A DNA stretch of 32,000 nucleotides from an archaeon (lineage in GTDB: Archaea; Iainarchaeota; Iainarchaeia; Iainarchaeales; CSSED10-239): contig JBAYPN010000001.1 of assembly GCA_041677685.1 (NCBI GenBank), positions 1-32,000 on the forward strand. The letters are read 5' to 3'. How positions within the stretch are numbered: the first letter of the stretch is position 1; the number at the start of each line of letters is the position of its first letter. Made by a program: the position numbers and the translations under genes. Positions 17,393 to 25,605 of this stretch are shown in pieces. The notes beneath the pieces are model-generated. The model was not told the origin of the DNA. It ran no database searches and worked only from the letters and a program-made list of their open reading frames with translations.

Positions 17393-18085
17393 TCACTTAT
17401 ATCTAAAGGTCTTTCCTGGTTGCAAGACAACTGTGTTAATATTGTAACTTGTTTTATCCAATCTATAGATAAGTTCTTGTGGATTTCTTCTAATATCTTC
17501 AAAGGTATCAAAGTGCATTGGGATTAATACTTTTGGTTTCATTTTTTTAGAAACTCTTATAGCTGTACCAATATCCATTGTTCTTTTTCCTCCGATTGGA
17601 AGAATTGCAATTGTTGGTTTTATTTTTTCATGATCTTTTGTCATGAAGGTGTCTCCTGCAAAATAAATTGTTTTGTTATTTTTTCCTTTTATTAAATAAC
17701 TAAGTGGGTAAAATGAACTAGGGTGATGTGCAGGGTAAGCTTTATAAAAAATATCTCCAATTTGTTTAATCTCATATTCATCGATTGGAACTTTATTTAA
17801 ATTAGGAACATTTAGTTTGTTTAAGACACTACAGTGTGCAATAATCTTAGAATCATGTTTTTTAACTAGTTCGTTAATGGAGTCTATGTCACAGGCATCC
17901 ATGTGTTCATGACTAATCAAAATTGAATCAATTTTAGAAAGTTTAGAATGTGTTTGAGAACAATTAATTAATCTTTTTAATTTCCCAAGTGGCTTTTCAT
18001 TAAAATAAGGGTCAGTTAAAATTGTCTTTTTGTCTACAGTAAATAAAAAAGATGAATGTCCAAGATACTTAATCCTTATACTCAT
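17393..18085 (-). CDS. metallo-beta-lactamase-fold hydrolase (second paralogue)
   Basis: IKYLGHSSFLF..., ISHEHMDACD, GDTFMT, PMHFDTF. Confidence 0.7.
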   Translation of the reverse strand: MSIRIKYLGHSSFLFTVDKKTILTDPYFNEKPLGKLKRLINCSQTHSKLSKIDSILISHEHMDACDIDSINELVKKHDSKIIAHCSVLNKLNVPNLNKVPIDEYEIKQIGDIFYKAYPAHHPSSFYPLSYLIKGKNNKTIYFAGDTFMTKDHEKIKPTIAILPIGGKRTMDIGTAIRVSKKMKPKVLIPMHFDTFEDIRRNPQELIYRLDKTSYNINTVVLQPGKTFRYK

Positions 18086-18288
18086 ACTAATATTATGAAC
18101 AGATTTTTATTTAAAGCCCACTGTTTATAGGCATAATTTAGATTTTGTTATTTATGAGGTTATTTGCAGTTTATTAGTTTATTTGTATAATAATATAGGT
18201 ATATAAACTTTTTCTTCTTAAATATAATTATATAAATTTATATTTATAGAAACTAAAATAAAATATATATTTGTAGAGATTTTAAAAT

Positions 18289-19074
18289 ATGAGAAAATAT
18301 TTAATAATTTTAATAATAATGATGTTTGCATTATTCTTACCAAACTTGCATTCTGCACAATTAACAGATTTTAAAATAGATATTAAGGTAACTTCTCCTA
18401 CAACTGCTAACATTATTGAAAATTGGATGATCTTTTATGATCCTTTAGATCTAGAAGACTTAGAAAATTTTAAAAATGCAATACTTCAAGCAAATTTAAA
18501 TTTAGAGACTTTAAAAAAAATAGATCCAAACATCAGACCACATATTTTCTTTAATAAAGTAAATTCAGTTTCTATTGGTTTTAATGAATTAAATAACTCT
18601 GTGAGAATTGAATATGATATCTCTGATCAAGTATTGTTGAAGTACTTTGAGAATGATGAGGAACTTCTTTGGAAATTTAATGATAATCTTTTAAGATATT
18701 TTTTATTAAATGACCTGTATCGTATCTCAAAGGAATCTGAATTAATAATCACTCTCTATGAACCTTTGGTAATTGAAGATCCTGTGCCTGAAGGTGAAAT
18801 TGTTGGTAATTCAATTAAGTGGAAAGGGATTTCCTCAAATGAGTTAAGGCTTGTTGCTTATGAGAAAAAGCCTCCAAAACCAAGCTTTTTACTTACAAAT
18901 ATTTTTAAAACCAATTTTGCTTTTTATCTTGTGTTTTTAATTTTAATACTTTTTTCTGTTTTTATTTTATTTTTTAAACCTAAACTAAAAAAGTCAATTA
19001 GAGCTTTTGTTATTAAAAATTCTGAAATTAAAAGAGAAAAAGAAAAAAAAGATATTTTTGATGATTTAGATTAA
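18289..19074 (+). CDS. hypothetical secreted, C-terminally membrane-anchored protein
   Basis: N-terminal signal peptide (MRKYLIILIIMMFALFLPNLHSA|Q). C-terminal TM helix (FAFYLVFLILILFSVFILFF) followed by a basic tail. I recognise no family. Confidence 0.6.
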   Translation: MRKYLIILIIMMFALFLPNLHSAQLTDFKIDIKVTSPTTANIIENWMIFYDPLDLEDLENFKNAILQANLNLETLKKIDPNIRPHIFFNKVNSVSIGFNELNNSVRIEYDISDQVLLKYFENDEELLWKFNDNLLRYFLLNDLYRISKESELIITLYEPLVIEDPVPEGEIVGNSIKWKGISSNELRLVAYEKKPPKPSFLLTNIFKTNFAFYLVFLILILFSVFILFFKPKLKKSIRAFVIKNSEIKREKEKKDIFDDLD

Positions 19075-19128
19075 AATAAATATTTTTATATTTGTATTCT
19101 TTCTATATCTATTTACATGTGAGTATTT

Positions 19129-20613
19129 ATGAAATTAAATTTTACTGAAATTGATAAAAATGTATATGATCATATAAAATCAAATAAAGAAATCTCTTTT
19201 GAAAAACTTATAAACAATTTAGAAGAAGATACTGACTCTGTAAGAAGAAGTTTAGAACTTTTAAAAGATAATAATATTATTTCTGAACAAATAAAGGTAA
19301 TTAATTTTTATGAAATTTCAGAAATTGGAAAGGTAGCAGTCAAAGAGGGACTTGTTGAAAAGCATTTTTGTGATTATTTAAAGAATAATGTTGTAAAGGT
19401 TTCTGAGCTTAAAGACTTAGAGATTAATAACTTTTCAAAAAATGATTGTTCTTTAGCTTTTGGGATTGCAAAGAATAATAACCTAATTTCAATTGAAAAA
19501 GGGGTAATTGTTGTAAAAGCTGATTATGATAAATTAATTAATAAAGTTTTAGACAATTTAAAAAACATAAAAGAAGTTAGTGATCAAAAGGTAATTGATG
19601 CTCTTTTAAAAAGAAAACTAATACTTAAAAAACAAATGACAGAAAAAAGATATACTTTTTTAGAAGATGCTGATTTTGAAGTTGTTAAAGACAACACTTT
19701 GTTTTTAAGTTCTAAACTTTTAAAGTCAGGAGAATATAAAGATATTAAGTTTAAAGAATATGAGGTTAGTAAATTACCTAAACCAAAACAGATTGGAAGA
19801 ATTCATCCTTTAAGACAGATCATCTACTATATAAGGGATTTATATTTAGAGATGGGGTTTAAGGAAATGACAAGTCCTTATGTTGAGACCTCTTTTTGGC
19901 CAATGGACTCTATGTTTATTTCTCAAGACCATCCTATGAGAGAGATTCAAGATACTTTTTATTTGCCAGACAAAGGCACTCTTCCTGACAAGGAGTTAAC
20001 AGGTAAAATTGCATTGGTTCATGAGAGTGGTGGAAAGACTGGATCTTTAGGTCATCAGTATAAGTGGGATATAGAGGCTGCTAAACAATTGGTTTTAAGG
20101 TCACATACAACTGCTGCAACTTACAGAAAATTTTATGAACTTACAGATGAAGAAAAGAAAGAATGTAAATATTTTTCAATAGGAAAAGTTTTTAGAAACG
20201 AGACAATTGATTCTACACATTTGCCTGAATTTCATCATGCTGAGGGTTTTGTTATTGGTAAGGGACTTTCTTTAGCACATCTGATTGGGTTTATTAAAGT
20301 CTTTTTTAAAAAGCTAGGTATTGAAAACATAAAGATTAAGCCAACTTACAATCCCTACACAGAACCATCAGTTGAGGTGTTTGCATATTTGCCTAGCTTA
20401 GGGAAATGGGCAGAGATTATGAACTCTGGTGTCTTTAGAAAAGAATCATTAGAACCTTACGGAATAGAAGGGGATGTGATTGCTTGGGGAATTGGTATTG
20501 AGAGAATTGCAATGCTTGTTTATGGTAAGAGAAATATTAAAGACATTTACGGGGATGAGTGCGATATTGATTGGTTAAGATCATATACCTTGCCTCCAAG
20601 AAAAATAAAATGA
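19129..20613 (+). CDS. pheS: phenylalanine--tRNA ligase alpha subunit
   Basis: Class II core motifs (HPLRQII.., FRNETIDSTHLPEFHHAEG, GIGIERIAML) at the archaeal/eukaryal-type length of 494 aa. Confidence 0.9.
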   Translation: MKLNFTEIDKNVYDHIKSNKEISFEKLINNLEEDTDSVRRSLELLKDNNIISEQIKVINFYEISEIGKVAVKEGLVEKHFCDYLKNNVVKVSELKDLEINNFSKNDCSLAFGIAKNNNLISIEKGVIVVKADYDKLINKVLDNLKNIKEVSDQKVIDALLKRKLILKKQMTEKRYTFLEDADFEVVKDNTLFLSSKLLKSGEYKDIKFKEYEVSKLPKPKQIGRIHPLRQIIYYIRDLYLEMGFKEMTSPYVETSFWPMDSMFISQDHPMREIQDTFYLPDKGTLPDKELTGKIALVHESGGKTGSLGHQYKWDIEAAKQLVLRSHTTAATYRKFYELTDEEKKECKYFSIGKVFRNETIDSTHLPEFHHAEGFVIGKGLSLAHLIGFIKVFFKKLGIENIKIKPTYNPYTEPSVEVFAYLPSLGKWAEIMNSGVFRKESLEPYGIEGDVIAWGIGIERIAMLVYGKRNIKDIYGDECDIDWLRSYTLPPRKIK

Positions 20614-20627
20614 AGGTTAAGATTTTA

Positions 20628-20700
20628 TTTGTAAATCGTAAATTGTAAATCGCAATTTGTAAATTGTAATTTGTAAATTGTAATGATTTAAATTGCAAAT
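20628..20700. repeat. degenerate 14-bp (7+7) tandem repeat, core ttgtaa(a)t
   Basis: ttgtaaatcgtaaa / ttgtaaatcgcaat / ttgtaaattgtaat / ttgtaaattgtaat, then a decayed tail. Six ttgtaa cores at 20629, 20643, 20657, 20664, 20671 and 20678. Lies between pheS and pheT. Confidence 0.85.
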
Positions 20701-20749
20701 ATTAATTTAAATAAAATAAAAAAATATAAGATTTAAATAAAGATAAAAT

Positions 20750-22399
20750 ATGGCAACAATAGAGATTAGTTTTGAAAAATTAAAACAAGAATTAAAAAAT
20801 CCTGCTCTTTCAATTGAAGATTTGGAAAGTATACTTTTTGAATTTGGTTTAGAGATTGATGGGTATGTTGAAGCAGAGGATCTTTTAAAAATTGAGGTAA
20901 CTGCAGAAAGAGTAGATTTATTGTCTTTTTATGGCCTTTCAAGAGCGCTAAAAGCATATCTAGATGTTGAAAAATATAGGCCCATAGAAGTAATGGAAAG
21001 TGATTTACAAGTAAATGTTTCTCAATCAGTTGTAGATTATGGGGCTTACACCATGTCAGCTGTTGTTAAAGACCTTAATTTAGATGATCAAAAAATAAAA
21101 GAAATTATTAATATTCAAGAAAAATTACACGTGACTTATGGAAGAAAAAGAAAATCAATTGCAATTGGAGTTTATCCATTAGATAAAATAAAATTTCCAA
21201 TTTCTTTTGATGCAAAGGCTCCAAAGGACATTAAGTTTGTGCCACTTGGAGAAACACAAGAGATGACAGGTTTAGAAATCTTAGAAAAACATCCAACAGG
21301 TGTTGCTTATTCTAAACTTGTGGGAGGTAAAAAAAAACTATTAGTTTTTATAGATTCAAATAACAAAATCTTGTCAATGCCTCCAATCATAAACTCTTTA
21401 GACACAGGAAAAGTAACTGAAAATACAAAAGAGATTTTCATAGAATGTACTGGTCAAAATTTATCAAAATTATCATACACAATTAATATTTTGGTAGAGA
21501 TGTTTAAGGATATTGGAGGGAAAGTTTATTCTCTACAAGTCAATTACCCAAACTTAAAAATTGTTTCTCCAAATCCCAAGAAACCAACAATGCAAGTCTC
21601 AATTGATTACCTTAATCAAGTTTTAGGAACAGACATTGATATTAATCTTGCCTCAGAGTTACTAGAAAGAATGATGTATGTTTCAAAAGTAATTGATAAT
21701 AACAAATTAGAATTAATAGTTCCAAAGTTTAGAACAGATGTCTTACATGATAATGATGTTGCTGACGATCTTGCAAGAGCTTATGGTTTTTCAAACATAA
21801 TTCCAAAAGAGTCAAGAGTTGTTTCTGTTGCTGAAAAACTAGAGGTCTCAATTAAGCAAGAACAAATAAATAATATTATGTGTAACATGGGCTTTGTAGA
21901 AATTATGCCACTTACTTTGTCTTCTACAAAAAATAGTTTTGATGATTTTTTAATAGCCGGGAAAGATTATGTTAAGCTTGGCTTTTCTGCTGAAAGTTCT
22001 TTAAATATTGTAAGTAATTGGTTACTTCCAAAATTATTAAAAACATTAACCTTTAATCAACACAGAAGTTATCCTCAAAAAATATTTGCTTGTGATTTTG
22101 TGGTTGTAGAAGATCTTACAAAAGATGTTAAATCTAAAAATGTGTTAAAAACATCTTGTGTGATTGCAGATTCTAAAATCACATTTACAGAGATTTCTTC
22201 TGTTCTTTTAAGACTTGTAAATGTTTTGGGTTATGAATTGAAATTGGAGAAGAAAGATTATAATTATTATATGGCTGGGAGATCTGCAACTGTGCTTGTA
22301 GATGATAAGGTTGTAGGGACAATTGGTGAACTAAATCCAAAAGTGTTAATCAATTATAATTACACTGTTCCTGTTTGTGGTTTTGAAATTGAAATTTAA
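20750..22399 (+). CDS. pheT: phenylalanine--tRNA ligase beta subunit
   Basis: 549 aa, with the archaeal PheT N-terminus (ISFEKLKQEL...LFEFGLEIDG) and B3/4 and B5-like regions. Located immediately downstream of pheS. Confidence 0.85.
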   Translation: MATIEISFEKLKQELKNPALSIEDLESILFEFGLEIDGYVEAEDLLKIEVTAERVDLLSFYGLSRALKAYLDVEKYRPIEVMESDLQVNVSQSVVDYGAYTMSAVVKDLNLDDQKIKEIINIQEKLHVTYGRKRKSIAIGVYPLDKIKFPISFDAKAPKDIKFVPLGETQEMTGLEILEKHPTGVAYSKLVGGKKKLLVFIDSNNKILSMPPIINSLDTGKVTENTKEIFIECTGQNLSKLSYTINILVEMFKDIGGKVYSLQVNYPNLKIVSPNPKKPTMQVSIDYLNQVLGTDIDINLASELLERMMYVSKVIDNNKLELIVPKFRTDVLHDNDVADDLARAYGFSNIIPKESRVVSVAEKLEVSIKQEQINNIMCNMGFVEIMPLTLSSTKNSFDDFLIAGKDYVKLGFSAESSLNIVSNWLLPKLLKTLTFNQHRSYPQKIFACDFVVVEDLTKDVKSKNVLKTSCVIADSKITFTEISSVLLRLVNVLGYELKLEKKDYNYYMAGRSATVLVDDKVVGTIGELNPKVLINYNYTVPVCGFEIEI

Positions 22400-22665
22400 A
22401 CTTTTGAGAGATTAATTTTTAGAAAGATTATTTTTAATTTTTTTTAGAAACCCCTCTTATTTTTACAGAAAAATATTAGACTTATATACAAGTCGAATTT
22501 CAGATCAATTTAGACCTTTATAAGAGTCCAAGTTGTAAATTTTTTTATATTATTTTTCTTTTTTTAAGATAATTTATAAAAAAGTATTTCTTTCTTAAAT
22601 ATAAAAATATTAAAACCATTTATAATTTTAATTATTTATAATAATATTATTAGAATGTGATATTT

Positions 22666-24183
22666 ATGTTAGATTTAGAAATTCCAAAGAAATTTTATAT
22701 AACAACTCCAATATATTATACAAGTGGTAGGTTCCATTTAGGGCATGCTTATACAACCATCTGTGCAGATGTCTTTGCAAGATATTATAGGTTGGTTGGT
22801 AGTGATGTGTTTTTCTTAACAGGAACAGACGAACATGGTCAAAAGGTAGAAGATGCTGCTAAAAAGGAGGGGATCTTGCCAAAGGAGTTTGTTGACAATC
22901 TAGTTTCTAATGCTAAACAAGAATGGAAAAGTCTTGACATCTCCTATGATGCCTTTATTAGGACCACAGATGAAAAACATATTTCTCTTGTTAAAGAGAT
23001 TGCCTCTAAGATGTTAGAAAATGAAGACATTTACAAAGGTAAATATGTTGGATATTACTGTAAGGATTGTGAATCATTTTTTACATCTAAAGATATTATT
23101 AAAGATAAATGTCCTTTGGGGCACAATGTTAAAAAAGAAACAGAAGAAGCTTATTTTTTTAAAATCTCAAAATATCAAAAATGGTTAAAACAATATATTT
23201 TAGATAATCCAAAATTTTTACAAACTGAAAGTAATAAAAATGAAATTCTTGCTTTTATTGATAGAGGTTTAGAAGATCTATGTATCTCAAGGGAGAAAGT
23301 AGGGTGGGGTATAACTTTACCTTTTGATGAAAATTACACAATCTATGTGTGGTTAGATGCTTTATTCAATTATGTTTCTGGGATAGGGGGGCTTGATTCT
23401 GACAACTTCAAAAAATTTTGGCCGCCTGATTTTCAAGTTATGGGTAAAGAGATCTTCAGATTTCATGCCATCTACTGGCCAATATTTTTAAAATCTTTAA
23501 ATTTAGAAATTCCAAAAACTGAGTTTGCACATGGTTGGTGGCTTAGCGAAGGCATGAAGATGTCAAAGTCCTTTAATAATGTTGTTTACCCTTTAGAATA
23601 TGTAAAGGAATATGGTTCAGATATTTTTAGATATTATGTGATTAGAGAAATATCATTTGGAGAGGATGGTTCTTTTTCAAAAAAGAATTTTATTGAAAGA
23701 ATTAATTCTGATCTTGTTGCAAACATAGGTAATCTTTTAAGTAGAGTAATTACTCTTGCAAGTAAAAGAAATCAAGAAACTGGTTATTTATTTTTTAGAG
23801 ATGAAAGTTTTGTAAAAGAAATTGAAAATAAAATAATAATAATTTCTAAACTATATAAAAATTATGAACTAACAAAAATAATTAATGAGATATTCCAATT
23901 GTCCTCTCTTGCAAATAAATATGTTCAGGGCAATAAACCTTGGGAGTTGTTAACAGAAGATCCAAAAAAGTTTGATCAAGTTATTTATACTTTGCTTGAA
24001 ACTATAAGAATTTTAGCAGTTGAACTTGCCCCTATCTTTACAACCAAATGGAAAGAGATTTTTGATCAACTAGGTTTAGATGCAAACAATAAAGATAATT
24101 TAAAATTAGAATTTACAAACATTTCAGAAAAAAGAATTGTAAAAAAAGGAAATCATTTGTTTAAAAAACAAGAAATTAAATAA
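22666..24183 (+). CDS. metG: methionine--tRNA ligase (short form, no C-terminal tRNA-binding appendix)
   Basis: PIYYTSGRFHLGHAYTT (HIGH-type motif), KMSKS, and a Zn-knuckle remnant YCKDCESFF...CPLGH. I prefer ATG 22666 over the upstream GTG 22657. Confidence 0.9.
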   Translation: MLDLEIPKKFYITTPIYYTSGRFHLGHAYTTICADVFARYYRLVGSDVFFLTGTDEHGQKVEDAAKKEGILPKEFVDNLVSNAKQEWKSLDISYDAFIRTTDEKHISLVKEIASKMLENEDIYKGKYVGYYCKDCESFFTSKDIIKDKCPLGHNVKKETEEAYFFKISKYQKWLKQYILDNPKFLQTESNKNEILAFIDRGLEDLCISREKVGWGITLPFDENYTIYVWLDALFNYVSGIGGLDSDNFKKFWPPDFQVMGKEIFRFHAIYWPIFLKSLNLEIPKTEFAHGWWLSEGMKMSKSFNNVVYPLEYVKEYGSDIFRYYVIREISFGEDGSFSKKNFIERINSDLVANIGNLLSRVITLASKRNQETGYLFFRDESFVKEIENKIIIISKLYKNYELTKIINEIFQLSSLANKYVQGNKPWELLTEDPKKFDQVIYTLLETIRILAVELAPIFTTKWKEIFDQLGLDANNKDNLKLEFTNISEKRIVKKGNHLFKKQEIK

Positions 24184-24240
24184 TTAAAGAATAAATAAAT
24201 TAAATAATTAAAGAATAAATAAATTAAATAATTAAAGAAT
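24173..24240. repeat. 24-bp tandem repeat, about 2.8 copies (taattaaagaataaataaattaaa)
   Basis: Identical units at 24181 and 24205, plus a 12-bp partial unit at 24229. The last 8 coding bases of metG already match the end of the unit, and the metG stop codon is the first triplet of unit 1. Confidence 0.9.
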
Positions 24241-24261
24241 TAGAAGAAATAGAAATTTTTT

Positions 24262-24666
24262 CTATTCATTTCCACTCTTTTCTCTAACAATTTTTATAAG
24301 CGCACCAGCTTTTAAATATTCTATGTTATCACCTGCGTTTAGATTCTTAAAATCTGCTTTGTCAATTTCGTATGTTTGATAATCTGCAGTATCCATAACT
24401 TGATATTTATCTCCTAGGTCAGCTATTATTTGAGCATTACCTTTACCAAGTAGAGGTACCTCTACAGCTGTGTCTGCTGGTTTTAATAGATTCATTTTTT
24501 TACCATTAAAAACACCAGTTGCAGTCATCCTAATCTTTGCAGCTCCATGTTTTCCTGGTTTTGATCTATCCATTGAATCAATTTTACAAATTACGTCTTC
24601 AATAACAATAAATTGTCCTAATTTCATTTGTCCTACTTGTGCGAATTTTATATCATAATCACTCAT
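24262..24666 (-). CDS. eif5a: translation initiation factor aIF5A
   Basis: Hypusine-site motif SKPGKHGAAKIRM. I prefer the internal ATG at 24666 (MSDYDIKFAQV...) because GGTGA lies 5 nt upstream of it. The longer ORF starts at 24678. Confidence 0.88.
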   Translation of the reverse strand: MSDYDIKFAQVGQMKLGQFIVIEDVICKIDSMDRSKPGKHGAAKIRMTATGVFNGKKMNLLKPADTAVEVPLLGKGNAQIIADLGDKYQVMDTADYQTYEIDKADFKNLNAGDNIEYLKAGALIKIVREKSGNE

Positions 24667-24684
24667 ATTTTTCACCATCTTTTA

Positions 24685-24789
24685 TTATAATTTAAATTTT
24701 TTAAGTTATAATTTATACTTTTTAAGTTATAATTTAAATTTTTTAAGTTATAATTTATACTTTTTAAGTTATAATTTATACTTTTTAAG
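24685..24789. repeat. 21-bp tandem repeat x5 in A-B-A-B-B order
   Basis: A = ttataatttaaattttttaag and B = ttataatttatactttttaag (19 of 21 identical). Units start at 24685, 24706, 24727, 24748 and 24769. The array fills the divergent spacer between aIF5A and the 24907 gene. Confidence 0.95.
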
Positions 24790-24906
24790 TTATATAATAT
24801 GATAAAAACAAATTAAAAAGCTTTCTTTACAAAAAAAGAAACATAAATAAACCTTATGGTGTTTAAATAGATTAGAAATATTTAAATTTAAGGTGTGTAG
24901 ATATTT

Positions 24907-25554
24907 ATGGTTAGAAAAGAAAAAAATTTGGTTGATGACAGAAAAGAAGTTGTAAAATTGACTCCAAAAAATTTAGTTAATAGTTTTTACAATAAGGTAA
25001 ATGCACAAGTAGCTGGAGTAGTTATCCTATTTTCTATAATTATTGAAATGATACTTTTTTCAATTTTGGGTGTCTCAGATATTGGCAAAATCTTTTTATC
25101 AAGAGTTGTTGAATCATTTATTTTAAGTTGGTTATTAGTTGCTTTAGTTTTATATTTGGTTCTTTATTTAGTTAAGGGAAATAAAAGAATTGAAAAGAAT
25201 GCTTATAAAAAAATACTTTCAGGCCTTGCATCTTTTAAGGTAGTAACAATCTTTGCAATGTTAATAACCTCAATAATAACAATGATTTTTTTACCAAAAA
25301 TTATTCCTTACTTTAGAGACGTGTTAGCAAACCCATTATTAGCATATAGCTCGACAGCTATGCCTGTGATTAGTGGTTGGGCAATTTTTGGAATTACTCT
25401 TTTAGTTATACTTTTCATAGTTGTGTTTATCTATTATATTTCAATGATATACTATCTTGTAAAAGAAATGTACAAATATAAAACATTTTTACCAAATTTC
25501 TTATTTGTAATAATTATTTTAATTGTTATGTATTTGGTAAGTTTTATATTTTAA
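24907..25554 (+). CDS. hypothetical polytopic membrane protein (about 5 TM helices)
   Basis: Hydrophobic segments VAGVVILFSIIIEMILFSIL, FILSWLLVALVLYLVLYLV, VVTIFAMLITSIITMIFL, GWAIFGITLLVILFIVVFIYYI and FLFVIIILIVMYLVSFIF. A GGTG lies upstream. Confidence 0.6.
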   Translation: MVRKEKNLVDDRKEVVKLTPKNLVNSFYNKVNAQVAGVVILFSIIIEMILFSILGVSDIGKIFLSRVVESFILSWLLVALVLYLVLYLVKGNKRIEKNAYKKILSGLASFKVVTIFAMLITSIITMIFLPKIIPYFRDVLANPLLAYSSTAMPVISGWAIFGITLLVILFIVVFIYYISMIYYLVKEMYKYKTFLPNFLFVIIILIVMYLVSFIF

Positions 25555-25605
25555 TTTTTTTCTTTCTCTTTTTTATTTCTTTCCCTTTATTAATTATTTA
25601 TAGAT

